DNA from: Callorhinchus milii
Lineage: Eukaryota
Direction: 5' to 3'
Assembly: GCF_018977255.1 (NCBI RefSeq)
Contig: NW_024704742.1
Location: 61,072,001 to 61,136,000, forward strand
Length of the DNA: 64,000 nt
The notes beneath the pieces are model-generated. The model searched no databases, was not told the origin of the DNA, and saw nothing but the letters and a program-made list of their open reading frames with translations. Shown here in pieces: positions 48,500 to 61,329 of the stretch. The first letter of the stretch is position 1, and each line of letters opens with the position of its first letter. A program made the position numbers and the translations under genes.

Positions 48500-49260
48500 C
48501 CAGAATACTGATTCTGTTATTTCCCCTTTGCATCAGTTTTCTTTATTATCCCTTTTCTTGACCTTAACCACTCTTTCTGGTGACCTATTTACGTTGTTGA
48601 TTACCTGTGTGTAAGGAAACGTGTTTCACTGAGTTCCCTAAAGTGGATTTTCAAAGCCTTCAATCAATGCTCTTGTCTTTTTAGCACATCAAAAGTATTG
48701 ATCTGGGGAAAGAATTTGGTCACTCAATCCACAACTGTTTGTGGGACACTGCTGTGCGCATTTGGCTGCCATGTTGCACCCACAAAATACAGTCAATCCA
48801 TTTCACAGTGCATTCTGTGAAGTGCTTTGAAACATGATGGCATGATAGGTTGTATATCAAATGTAAGTATTATTATTAATGTATTATATTCTGTATCCCA
48901 TTAATTCTATTTTATAGACCTCCCATCAGGTGGCTCTTTTCAAAGCTAAAGAAACTTCCTTATCAAATTTTTCCTCCAGGCACTAGAGCCTCATTGCTTT
49001 CCTCTATACTAAGTCTTTCCACATCTATGTCCTGAGCAGTCCCTTATATCTTGAAAACCAGAACTGTGCATACTAAAATGCTCAGATATGGTCTGACCAG
49101 AGCACAGTGCAGCTTGAGCATTACCTCTAGGAATCTGAACTCAACTCACTTGGCAATGTCGCCTCAAACTGACCTAGTATTTGTGTATGATAATAGTACT
49201 GTGTATGGATGCTGAACCCCAAAATGATCATCACTTTATCAATTCACTTCATTTTGTTTC
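48500..49260 (-). mobile_element. Highly degraded CR1 with a nested SINE 3' half (48714-48880, + strand)
   Basis: ccagaactgtgcatactaaaatgctcagatatggtctgaccag, revcomp of an LVRPYL..C.QFW-like motif. Confidence 0.55.
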
Positions 49261-50193
49261 TAAGTCTCTAATCTCATGGAATAATAATGGCTTCTTGTAT
49301 TGCTTTTGTATTTCACCTGAGTGATGTTTAATGATCTGGATATTGCAGGAAAGCCTTGACTTAAAAATGTTAACCTACAGAGTGCAAGGATTATTGTTAT
49401 TATTATAACCGACTGAATTTGTGGACGTTCATACTTGTAAAAAAAAATCTGATGATCCAATTTCTTTGATTATGTCCATTATTGGTGGAATATATTTAGA
49501 GAAACATGCTGGATGTTACAATAATAATCCTTGCAAGCCTCATTGAAATTCCTGCGAAGACAATGAAGAATTCCTTCTTGGGTTGAAAGGATATACTCCT
49601 TTCTTGTACAAGAAGTAATGAAGATTCCTTTCAGCACAAGATATGCTAGATTCTGCCCGCAGTCTGAGTTCTGCATGCTTCTTTGATGCACAGTGAAAAA
49701 CAACTATCTGGAGTCTAGCTGAGTTGTCTTGACCTTTTAACAGCTGTCATTCTGAAACCTACTGCTTGCCTTTCCATGCAGTAAGTTAGTAAATTATCTT
49801 TCCAGTTTCAGATTCTAAAATGTCCTGTATTTTGCTGCTGCAACTGATAAGTTTTTTTATTAGTCTGTTGATTTGTCTTTCTAACCTGTTTCATTTATTT
49901 ATTAACCTTCGCACTCTGAATGATTGAAAATGATCACCATATGAATTCCCAGTGTCTGAAAACGCTTTGGCCAGTTGAAGAGCAGTGAGGGCAGTCTGAG
50001 GTTATTCTGCACCTTGGTTGTAGTTAGGGAAAATATGGAATCCAGTGATCACTACCATTAACACTGAAAAGTGAAAATCTTGGAATAGAAACATTGTTGA
50101 GAGAAAATGCAGAGGAGCAGATTGAAGCATTGCCCAAATTAGAGCTCCATATTCCAGGAATGGATGAAGACACACACCAGACAAGTAACCAAT

Positions 50194-50690
50194 GTGTCAC
50201 CTGGCTCAGTTGGGAGCACTCTCACCTCTGATTCAGTAGGTTGTCGATTCATGCTCCACTTTGTGACTTTGACTTTGAACTTGTCCAGTCTAAATTGACA
50301 CTCCAATGAGGTGCTTTGTGTATGCTGTATTGTTTGGAGGTGCCTTACATTTGATGAGACGTTACACTGGATGTAAAAAAAATTCCACAGCACTATTCGA
50401 AAAAAGAATTTCTTCCAATGTCCTGGCCAACAATCCCCCAGATAAAATTGCCTATTTGCTTCATTCACTATGGGCAGTGCAGAGGAGAGCAACAGAATGG
50501 TTAGTGTTGGAGAAATGAACTATGAACAATGATTAGACAAGCTTTAACAATGCAGAGAGGATCTTTATAGATGTGTACAAAAAATTAAAATTGGATTGAA
50601 AAGTAAATCCAGTGCAAAAGTGCATTGACTGTATTGGCCCACAGACAGCCATGAAGCGAATGACCAATTACATTTAGAAGATTGTTGGCG
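50194..50690 (+). mobile_element. DeuSINE 5' part (50194-50470) followed by a CR1 fragment and a SINE remnant
   Basis: gtgtcacctggctcagttgggagcactctcacctctgattcag head; gtgcagaggagagcaacagaatgg (VQRRAT) CR1 motif. Confidence 0.7.
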
Positions 50691-51624
50691 AGGACCCTGG
50701 GAGGCCAGGGCTGCCTATCATGGAAATTTCAGTTCCTTTTTTTCGTGAGATGTTTTCTAATTGAAGATGTTTTCGAACTCTCGAGCGTGTCTGGATGAGT
50801 CAAATGAGCACGCTTTCTTTGGTTTATGTTCTACCAATACTTTGATTGAGGTGCATGGAGCCTAGAGCCGTGCCAAATGCCTTACACTTAATAATGTGCA
50901 ATACAATGAACAGATTCACATAATACAAAAATGTGATTTTAAGGTTGCCCACAAAATAGTCATTCTACTTTGCAGTAATTCCTGTGAAATGCTTAAGAAC
51001 ATCCTCTTGATGATGTGAAAGATGTCATCATATACAAGGATTATTATTATTACTTTGACCATTTATCTATTTGGAGGATTTGTTGGGGGGAAAGAAGAGC
51101 TGGATAAACTCCAACTGTTGTGAGCAATGCTTTAATGCATAAAATTGGTTACTTAACTCATAGAATTGTATTGAATGATGCAGCATTGAATCAGGCCATT
51201 AAGCCCAACTAGTCTGTCCTGCAGTTTGTACACTGAATACGATTGGTAGTAAAATTTGTAGATGAAAGAACATAGTACAGCACTTGTGGCTGAGTGCAAG
51301 CAATTCAGATGGGATCCTAGGATCCTCGTATCCTGTTCTTATGGGATTTCCTCACCAGAATCACAACGTGTCAACTTTGCTGATAAGCTGAAATTTCATT
51401 TTTTTTTAAATGTACTTGTTTTGGCCTATCTTTCTCATGAATATTGAATTGATGACCATTGGCGGAAACATTCTCGGGGAATGGTGTGAAAATTGGCAAT
51501 TCTTTCAGGAAGACATAATGAAAATGTTCGTATTACGTTGGTCACTTAATTCTGAATGAGTTGAAACCTCTGGAGAGTTGTGCTGAGAAGGCCACTGGGG
51601 AGACCATTTGAAAACTCGTATTGT

Positions 51625-51997
51625 TTAGACTGACATTCCAACGCAGCTGGGGTTGCGCTGCACTGTTGGAGGTGGCGTCCTTCAGATGAGTCGATAAACC
51701 AAGGTCCTGTCTTTTCAAGTAGTACTGTGGGATCTTTAACATCCACAGGACATTAAAGATCCCATAGTACTATTTGAAAAGAGAAGGGAGTTTCTCCCAG
51801 TGTCCTGGCCAACAATCCCCCAATACAAAACTTGTCATTTGTTTCTTGGCTGTTTGTGGGACATTGATATGCTCAATTAGGTTGCCATGTTTGCCTACAA
51901 ACACACAGTTGCTCCACTTTGCAGTAAATTCTGCGAAGTGGTTTGTGATGTCCCTCTGACATGAAAGACGCAATATAAAATGCAAAGATTATTATTA
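51625..51997 (+). mobile_element. DeuSINE with internal inverted duplication (51710-51782)
   Basis: gctgcactgttggaggtggcgtccttcagatgag...aaagatcccat...gggagtttctcccagtgtcctggccaa, then tail. Confidence 0.85.
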
Positions 51998-52887
51998 AGA
52001 TGGTTTCAGTTTTTATGACATTCCAGATTTTAATGTCAGGCAGTCAGAACTGTAGCAATTCTAGAAATGGTTGATACCAGGGAGGTAGAGTTTAGTCTAC
52101 TTAATATCTGTTTACATCTGGACACTAACATCCAGAGGTTAACACTGGATTACTAATGTCACCAAGGGGCAGCATGCGGGTGAGGCAGAGGACCAAGGAT
52201 GAACCTGTGGGGGATGCCAGAGGTGTTTTATGGGTATTTTTGTCCAGTGAAATTTTTTAAGCAGCTGCTTAATTTCCAGGCTATTTATTTATATTTGGTA
52301 ATGAAGGCATTCTGGCATCTTCATTTCTTGTGCGAGCCACTAAACTTGATTCAGGGATCTGAACACTTAAGGTACTGTATGGAAGTTGATTCCTTGGACT
52401 TTTTTTTCTGGCCAGTCTAAATAATCTCACACTCGCACAGATGCGATGGGCCAAATAGCTGCCTCTTGTCCTGTAGAATTTCCAATATCATATTGATTCT
52501 GTGTGTTCAAAAATTCAAATGATTTTAATTATTCATACACACTTCCTTTGCTTAATCTAGCTCCTTCCCCTGTCCTTTTGTGTGACTGTTCTTTCTCTCT
52601 GCACGGTACAAGATTATTTTGAATTTAGCCCAAGCACACAATATCCTGTGTAACACCCAAGCAAGACTTGAGGGGAAATAAAATATTATTCCTTCGTAAC
52701 TAATATCTTGCAAGCCCTTGTGTGGGTTTGTAAATTATGAGCATTCAGTTTGGCTTTATCTTCCAACCCCTAAAATATTCAAATTGTCTCATTTTGAATC
52801 TGAAGAATGGAAATATAGGGGGACAGAGAGATAATTACAGTGCATAAGTGGTGTCAATAAAAGCAAATTAGCTTAATTTCACATTTA

Positions 52888-53990
52888 CAATAACAACAAA
52901 TTACATTTGTTTAGCTCCTTTCATGTCAGAAGAACATCCCAATGCGCTGAACAGTCAGGAATTTGGACCTGAGCAGGGATGAATCCAATGGATTTGGACC
53001 CATGCCTGGTGAGTGAAGGAAGCGGACAGATTGATATGGTGTTAGCAGGTCACATATGTAGTAAAGGAGCAAGGCCATGGAGAGCCTTGAAGGCAAAGCG
53101 AGAATTTTGAACTCTATCCTCAGGGGAGATGCGGAGCCAGTGGAGTCAGGCGAGAGTGAGGGTGACAGGGTTGCGTAGGATCTGAACCAGTTAAGGACAG
53201 AACCATGAAGGTTGAGGTGAGAGGAGAGGCAGTGTAGGAGGATAGAGTAGTCAACGGTATCAAAGGCAGCAGAGAGGTTGAGGGGACAGGAGACAGAGAG
53301 AGCCCTGGTCACAGTTGGACAGAATATCATTTGTCACTTTGACAAGGGCTGTGGAAACCTGATTGGGGGGTGGGTTTGTATAGCGAATGGTGGGGGGCGA
53401 AGGTAGGAAGCAATGACTCATTCCAGGACCTTGGAAAGGAAAGGGGGTTTGGAGAAGGGGTGGTAATTGGAGAGCAGGGATGGGTCCAGGGCAGGTTTTT
53501 TGAGGATAACAGTGATGACGGCTGTTTTTAAAGGGGTGGGAATGGTGCCAGTGGACAAGGAGAGGTTGATGATATCTGAGTAGAGGGGCAAGAAGATGGA
53601 AAGGGGTAGGGATGGGATCGGGGGTGAAGGTGGTGGGTTTTATGTGGGTTATAATGATCGTGAGAGAGGTGGGGCAGGTTCATAGGTGTAGTGGGAGGGA
53701 TGGGTAGGTGCTGGAGTGTCAGGGGGAGATGTGGAGTGGGTGAGTGGTGATGTGGTTGGAAGAGTAGAGGAGACTGAGTGGATCCCCTTGATTTTGGTCT
53801 TGAGGAAGTCCAGCATTTCGTTGGAGTTGGAGGAGAGGAGCAGCAAGGCGTGAGAGTTTGAGCAGAGAAGCCGGTTGGTGGTGGAGAAGAGGAGCCTGGG
53901 GTTGTCCTTGGCTTTCAAGATTATCTTGGAGCGGAAGGACGATTTAGAGTAGGTGAGGGCAGAGCAGTACGTTTTGATGTGGTCCAACCC
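52888..53990 (-). mobile_element. L2 LINE, internally deleted
   Basis: Revcomp motifs AKDNPRLLFSTTNRLL, LNLSAAFDTVDYSILL and RIEFKIL; (AAC)n tail at 52888. Confidence 0.88.
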
Positions 53991-54289
53991 AAGAGGCTTG
54001 TGCTGTTGACAGTGAAGTGTGTGCACTAATGTGTTGCTGTCGAGGCAGTGTTGAGTTTTATTGACTGCCTTAATAATCTTTTAATGGAATGACACAAGTT
54101 AGTTTGTTTCCTAATTTATCAACCAGGCTAGTAAATGTTTCCAAAATCTGTCAGTAAATTTTCACCTTTAGAAAATAGATTTATTGATTAAAATCTTTAA
54201 TCAATGAATTTAATGTTCCACCTAAATGAACGTGCTAATACAGTATTATAGTTTTGTTTGCCAGACTTAATTTTACGCGGATAATGTAT

Positions 54290-55280
54290 TATCATGTTTC
54301 ATCCACCTCCCCACCTCTCTGCCCTGCTTTTCCCCCCTTCTCCTCAACACACCCCCTTTGCTCAGCCAGCTCTGGCCTCCTGCATGTCCGTTGGCTCCTC
54401 CATTGTTAGCTGTGCTTTCAGACATCACGGCCCCAAATTCTGGAATTCTTTGCCTCAATCCCTCCATCTTGCTCCCACCTTGCTAATGTTCAGGTCACAA
54501 CTGAAGACTTTCCTCTTTGACCTCACTGCTTGAAGGTGGTGGGTGGCTAGTTTGAGATTACAAATCAAGTGGTAGTACAACAACAACAACAGTAGGTGAA
54601 CCTGACCCGCTCTGCCTTCCCTCATCTCCATAACATCACCTGATTCCGCCACTACCTCACCCCTCAGGCCGCTGAAACTCTTGTTCATGCCTTCATCACC
54701 TCCAGGCTCGACTATGCAAATGTCCTGCTTGTCGGCCTTCCCAACTCCTCCCTCCACAGACTGCAGATAATCCAGAACTCTGCAGCCTGTGTCCTTTCCC
54801 GCACCAAATTCCATGACTCCATCTCCCCCATTCTCGCCCGACTCCATTGGCTCCCTATCCTTCAGAGGAACCAGTTCAAGATCCTGGTCCTCACCTAGAA
54901 AGCCCTCCATGGCCTCGCCCCACCCTATCTCTGTGACCCCCTACCAACCCGCCCGCTCCCTCTGCTCACCCGGCTCTGGCCTGCTCCACGTCCCCTGACC
55001 CATCCGCCTCACCATTGGCAGGAGAGCCTTCAGCCAGTCTGCCCCCAACCTCTGGAATTCCATCCCCCAGTTACTCCGCCTCGCCCCTTCCTTCGCCTCC
55101 TTCACGTTCCGCCTCAAGACCCTCCTCTTCGACCATGCCATCGGTCACCCTCCTTCCCCTCCTCTCACTTCTCCCCCACCCCCCCCGACTCCAGCTCAGG
55201 TCTGAAATGCTGTACACTGTCCAACGCCTTGGGACATCCTCCCAACGTGAAAGGCGCTATACAAATGTAATCTTGTTGTT
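54290..55280 (+). mobile_element. Two L2 3' fragments (54290-54530 and 54615-55280)
   Basis: [29 protein letters not shown]; family A tail with ttgttgttg at 55272-55281. Confidence 0.9.
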
Positions 55281-55807
55281 GAAGACTACTGGACACGTTC
55301 TAGAATCCTCCAGCCTCATACAAGAGGTTGAATCTCCTCTTGTCCACTGGGTGATTGTTGTCATTTTTCTCGGTTGTGTGGAGAAGCCTTTCAGCACAAA
55401 ATGGTTCTGTGGTGGTGGAAGTAAATTCAACACAGACACCAAAATGCTTTGCGGAATTGAATATTTCTCTCCTTGCTTGTCAAGTAGCTTCTGTCAGATT
55501 ATATTTTGGAAACAAAACTTTTTTAAAAGCAGAATCTGCCCCGAAACCCTGCTAAGAAATTGCCAAGTGTCAGTCACTCAATGTTGCTTGGAATGTAGAC
55601 GGTAGAAGTTTTAGTTGTGATTGCACAACCTTTTCCATCTTAATTGGTATTTTTTTCTTTGTTCTTTCAGTTCTTTCTACTTTTTCTAAATATTTTTATT
55701 CCTCATGGCTTTTCAGTTTGGCCCTTATTGGTTTCTCAGATAGTTGCATAGATGAAATGTATGTCCTTGTTTTAAGCTGAATTTCCAGTTTATAATGTTG
55801 CAAAATA

Positions 55808-56246
55808 TAATAATAATATTCTTGCTTTTGACATAGCCCCAGATCACTGCTTCGAAACATCTCAAAGCGCTTCATAAAATATAATAATAAAATAAATAAT
55901 GATCCTTGCATTTGATATTGTGCCATATCACGTCATTGAGACATCTTAAAGTGCTTCACGGGATGTACTGTAAAGTGTTGTGGCTGTATTTTGTGAGCGA
56001 AAGGGGGCAGCTAATTGAGCCCAGCAGTCATAGATTAAGTGACCAAATTATTATGTTTTTTTAAGGAATTATTAGCCCCGGAAAAACGATCCGCCTATCG
56101 ACTAACAACTGGGTTCCGACTTACTGCTAGGTAAACAGAAGTATGTGGAGTAAGGAAATTTGCCCAACGTTTTGGCCTGCCCAGGATCGAACCCCGGTCC
56201 TCTCGCTTGCGAGGCAAGTGCTCTAACCACTAAGCTACAGGACTCC
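55808..56246 (-). mobile_element. Long-subfamily SINE (55891-56246) plus an adjacent extra tail (55808-55875)
   Basis: Head revcomp ends gctacaggactcc at 56246; internal extra segment present. Confidence 0.88.
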
Positions 56247-56389
56247 ATGAGTATTGCTTCACTCTTTTTATGCTGATCCCAGTTCGAAAAAATGCTGGTT
56301 TATTTTTCACAAATTTATATACATATATATTCACAATATCTTTGCCAGATCATATGAAGCTGAACTGTCCATCCAGGCTATTTTTTGTG

Positions 56390-56930
56390 TTTGACATACT
56401 GGTCTTATCACCTTCTGCATCGACTATTCCAATGCCCTCCTCGAAGGTCTCCTAACTCCACTCCCCACAAGATCCAACTAATTCAAAACTTCGCCACCTG
56501 TATATTCACTTGCTGAAGCCCCATCACATCAGCCTCCACTGGCTACATATCACAGATCAGATCAGGATCAAGATCCTCACACTTGCCTAGAAAACTCTTC
56601 ATACCCTGGTACCTCCCTACCCCTCCGACCTGCTTACTCCACCTTCTTCCGCCTCTGCTTGGCAGGCTCCAGTCTCCTGCTTGTCCTTTGTGCCCTCTGC
56701 ATGGTGGCTGTGCTTTCAGCCACTATACCCCCAAACTTTCGCACTTATCCCTCAATCCCTCACCTTGTCCGAGCCTTCCCCATTTTCAGATCACGTGTGA
56801 AAACCTTGTTCTTCAAATGGGTTTATGGTCACCTCCCTGCTCTCCTTGTCTCGGTGTCAGGCTCTGCCTGACGTTAAGTGCTCAGACCCTGCCTGCGTGA
56901 ATGGAGCTTTATAGATACATGTTGTAGTAG
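56390..56930 (+). mobile_element. Degraded L2 3' portion
   Basis: IDYSNALL, QLIQN, LHWL and GGCAFSHY-like motifs. Confidence 0.75.
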
Positions 56931-58508
56931 TACATTTCGTTTTGATAAATTTATACAATTATTTTAATTTGACTGACGGGTTCCAGGTAGATGGCTGACC
57001 AGACACTGGCTAGAGGCTTGAGTAAACTGACTTGACATGAGAGATGTCATGGCCCCTTGTCATTTAAATGGGATTTATTTAAATGTTTGGTGCTGCTGCT
57101 TTGTGAATTATAGAACTAGACGTACCAGTAACAGAGCGGATGTGTTAACATTATATAAGCTCTCACCCCATGATCTCCTGCAGTAACATGACAGACCTGG
57201 TTGATACGTGATTAAATCATTTGCTACAATAGTCATTTTGAAGGTTATAAGAAAGTTACCTTTGATTAATTCAATCACGTGTGGAATTTCAAAGGATTCA
57301 ATATAAAACCATTTTCTAAGGTATTCTGACAAATGACACTTGCTCAAATTTAGTGTTTCTTTATCAGAGTCGTTTCATTCTACAATGTTAATTTTTATTT
57401 AAGAAGCTAATTTCCCCTAAATGGGCATTTTTGTAATCGCTGGTAATTGTGAATGCCAAGAAATGAGTAGCGCCTCTTTTAATGAGATGATTTTAATTTG
57501 CTACTCGGGTGATTTTTACTAAGCTGACCCTGGAGTGATAGTTCATTTGCAAATGCGTTGTGCTGCTAATGCAGACTTTGACATGAAAGTGTCAAACCAG
57601 CCAGTTATCAAAAAAAAGCTGCTGCCTGTAGCTATGCGAATGATTTCCGAATCTTAATAAAAAGCAATTTAGCTATTCAGAAAAAAANCATAAACTTTTA
57701 TGATAACCTTTTAAAAGCAGTTTTATTGCATATTATAGTGTTATGGCTTCTGTTGAAAATACAATTTAAAAAATGAATCTGCAGATCGTTCGTAACCGGG
57801 GGTTGGGGGAATGCCTTCTCAATCTGTAAAAATACAGGTTGTTAAGTTAATGCTGCTGAATACATCATTGCTATTGTACAGCCCATGTGTTCTCACAGAT
57901 CTTTAATGGAGGCAAGCTTATAAATGAAGGCAAGCATCAGATCCATTTTGAAGCGTATCAAACTGTGCGTGTATTTTTATGCAGTTGATTTTGAAGCAAA
58001 GGGAGTGAAAATCAATCGTATCACATCCCAGAGCAAAAGGAAATGGCTTAAGGTGATTAGGGTGTTTTTTCTTGTACATAGTGATATAAAAATAATCCTT
58101 GCCCTTGATATGGAGCCTTACCACATTGGCTTAAAGCAATTCACAGGATTTTACTGTCTATTTGCAGGCAAATGCGGCAGCTAATTTCTGCACAGCAATG
58201 TCCACAAATAGCTATGAAGTGAATGACCAATTTTATTTTGAGGATTGTTAGCCAGGCAGTATTATTGTGTAGATTAGAACAAAGCTTAGGTATTCTGATG
58301 GTACTGAAATTTTTTTGTACAGGGATAATGCAGGAAGAGAGTAAGAATAAGGTACATGTGTGTAGATTTAACTTTGTAATTTATTAGTATGATGCTTATT
58401 TCAAATTTAAAAAAGCTTTCTGGTAGTTTGTAAATTTTATTTACAAGACAGATCATAGCCTTGAGATCAGGAATTCAACTACCTTCTCAGTAGCTGGAAC
58501 ATAAGGTC

Positions 58509-59170
58509 CAACAACAACAACAAATTACATTTGTACAGTGCCTTTCATGTCGAGAAGACTTCCCAAGCCCCTGGACAGTCAATCTTCCTCACCCGAGCTG
58601 GGAGTTAAGATCAGGAGCAGTGGAGGGCCGAGAGGCTGATGGAAGTTGTGATCGAAGAGGACGATCTTGAGACTAGGCTTGAAGGAGACGAGGGAGGGGG
58701 CAAGATGTAGGAACTAGGGGATGGAATTCCAAAGGATGGGGCAGAAAGGCTGTAAGGCTTGACTGCTGATGGTGGGGCGGGCAGTAGGTTTGGAGTCCTG
58801 TAGCTCAGTGGTTGGAGCACTCGCTTTGCAAGTGAGAGACCTGAGTTCAATTCCAGGCAGGGTGAAACCTTGGGCAAGTTTCCTTACTCCATATGCCTAA
58901 TAATAATCCCTCCAAAACAAAACAATAATAAATTGGTCATTTTCAATCTACGACTGTTTGTGGGACATTGCTTTACGCAATTGGCTGCCGCGTTCGCCCA
59001 CAAATATACAGTCAATTCACTTTACAGTGTGTTCTGTGAAGCGCTTTGGGACGTCCTCCCGACGTGAAAAGCGCTATATCAAATGCAAGGATTATTATTA
59101 TTATAGGTGGAGATGTGTAGCAGGCTGGAGCCTGCTGAGCAGAGGGAGCAGATAGGTCGGTATAGAATGA
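58509..59170 (-). mobile_element. L2 family A 3' fragment interrupted by a SINE
   Basis: (CAA)n tail at 58509; L2 sequence continues on both sides of 58792-59105. Confidence 0.8.
58792..59105 (+). mobile_element. tRNA-Ala-derived SINE, short subfamily, full length, nested in L2
   Basis: GGAGTCCTGTAGCTCAGTGGTTGGAGCACTCGCTTTGCAAGTGAG head; taggt present near both junctions (58785-58789, 59104-59108). Confidence 0.93.
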
Positions 59171-59591
59171 GAAATGTCTCACTCCCCAGGTCAGTGCCTT
59201 GGATAGGTCACTTTGGTTGCAACAACACCAGAAGAGCTGATAATAATGTTTTTCTTAACAACAGCTTTATGCCATCTTGGATTTTTATTTTTAAAAATCT
59301 TTGCTCTTGAGACCAAGTGAAGTACAGATGCTGTAAGACTGTCACAGATGACGAGTGGACCCATAACTGCCTTGCATTTGCATTAATTGTTCTTTTAAAT
59401 CACAATTAATTCACACATGTCACATTATTATGTAGATATTGTCTTGTTTTATTGCTGATTTTCTTGATCAAATTAAGTTGTGCACTTCGATGGAGTGCAC
59501 ATTCTCTCACAATTCCCAAGGGTTCCATCCTCGGTCCTTTTTATTTTTCTTACCTGTATACTCGAAATTCATATGCATGCGGATCACTCTT

Positions 59592-59895
59592 AACAACAAC
59601 AACATTACAGTTATAGAGCGCCTTTCACATCAGGAGGACGTCCCAAAGCGCTGAACTGTCAGGTGTCGGGGCCCGAGCATGGGGGAGGGGTGGTTCATGG
59701 GTGAGGGAAGGCAGAGAGATGGGAGGGAGACCAAAGGCACGATTGAAGAGAAGGGTCTTGAGACTGGCCTTGAAGTAGGCAAGGAAGGAAGTGAGGCGAA
59801 GGGACCGTGGGATGGAGTTCCAGAGTGTGGGGGCAGAGAGGCTGAAAGCCCGGCCACTGATGGTAGGGCAGGAGACATGGAGCAGGCTGGAGCCC
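59592..59895 (-). mobile_element. L2 family A 3' fragment
   Basis: Close reverse-complement match to 61680-61993. Confidence 0.88.
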
Positions 59896-60049
59896 GCTTA
59901 ACTCTACTTCAACCCTCGACTCCAGGACCATGCTGTCCTAAATCACTACCTATCAGGCATCAAATAATAATAATTCATAGCTCTTTCATGTTGGGAGAAT
60001 GTCTAAGAGCATTTCACTGGATTTACTGCAAAGTATAATGACTGTACTT

Positions 60050-60884
60050 CTCAACTTTGAATGTTGACAAGATGGAAGCCATACTCTTTGGCTCTCGTCA
60101 GTGTCTAAAATCTCACGGCTCTCACCTCCTCCGTCTACCTGACCTCGCCCTAAAACTCTCCGAACCCGTACGCAACCTAGACGTCAGGTACGACCCCCAA
60201 TTATCCTTCCTCCCCCACATCCGGTCCTTCACCAACACCGCATTCTTCCACCTCCGATGCATCGCCCGTCTCTGCCAATAGCTTTCCCCAAATGACGCTG
60301 AAACCCTGGTCCATTCCTTTGTCACCTCTCGGCTGGACTACTCTGATGCCCTCCTCACCGGTCTCCCATCCACTACCATCCATAAAATCCAAATCATTCA
60401 AAACTCTGCCGCCCGCATTCTCACCCACACAACACTCCTCTCCTCGATCACCCCAGTCCTTGCCAGACTGCACTGGCTGCCTTTCCCAGAGAGGATCGAC
60501 TTCAAGATCCTCACCCTTGTCTTCAAATCCCTGCACTCCTCTGCAACCCCTATCTCTCTGACCTGTCTCCTCAAAACAGTACCCATTGACTTCGTTCCTC
60601 TGGGTCTGGCCTCCTCCTCGTCCCCTGAGTCCTCCACTCTGCCCTCGGCGGCTGTGCCTTCAACCACTATGCCCCGAGGCTCTGGAACTACCTTCCTCAC
60701 TCCCTTCGCCTCACTCCCTTCCTTCCCATTTTCACGTATCTGCTGAAGACCTTTCTTTTCGACCGCGCCTTTGGTCACCTTCCTCCCCCTCCCCCTGGCT
60801 CGGCCCCGGGATCGGTTACTGTAAAGCGCTCTGAGATGCCGTCTGGCGTGGAGGGCGCTCAATAAATCCAAGTTGTTGTTGTTG
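60050..60884 (+). mobile_element. L2 family B 3' portion
   Basis: [64 protein letters not shown]; tail aaatccaagttgttgttgttg. Confidence 0.93.
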
Positions 60885-60894
60885 TACTTGTGTA

Positions 60895-61226
60895 ACCAAA
60901 CGTGGCAGATAGTTTGTGCAGAGCAATGATCTACAAACAGCCAAAAATTGAATGACCTGGAAGTTGTATCTGGGAGTTTGTAGGCAGGACAGCGGGAGAA
61001 ACTTTCTTTTCAAACGATACTGTACCGTTCACCTGAACAGGCAGACGAGATCTCGCCTCAATGTCATGTGAAGGACAGCATGGCACCTCCAACAATGCAA
61101 CAATCTACACCACCGCCCCCACCCCAGTACTGCCAGACTGGATGAGCCTGAAACCCAGATGTGGCCTTAAACCCATAACCTTCTGACCCAGAGGTGAGAG
61201 TGATACTAACTGAGTCAGGCTGACAC
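60895..61226 (-). mobile_element. DeuSINE
   Basis: cacctgaacaggcagacg Deu motif; head revcomp ccttctgacccagaggtgagagtgatactaactgagtcaggctgacacc. Confidence 0.75.
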
Positions 61227-61329
61227 CCTGGATGGATCTCAGCAACCTTCAGTCTTTCGTGCCTCCCACCAGCACCTCCTTGGCTTTGGCTCCGACATCA
61301 GCTTCTCTTATTGTTCACTGAGCTTAGTT

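Noticed and set aside
57688..57688. Single N base
   Set aside because: Assembly ambiguity beside an A-run, not biological.
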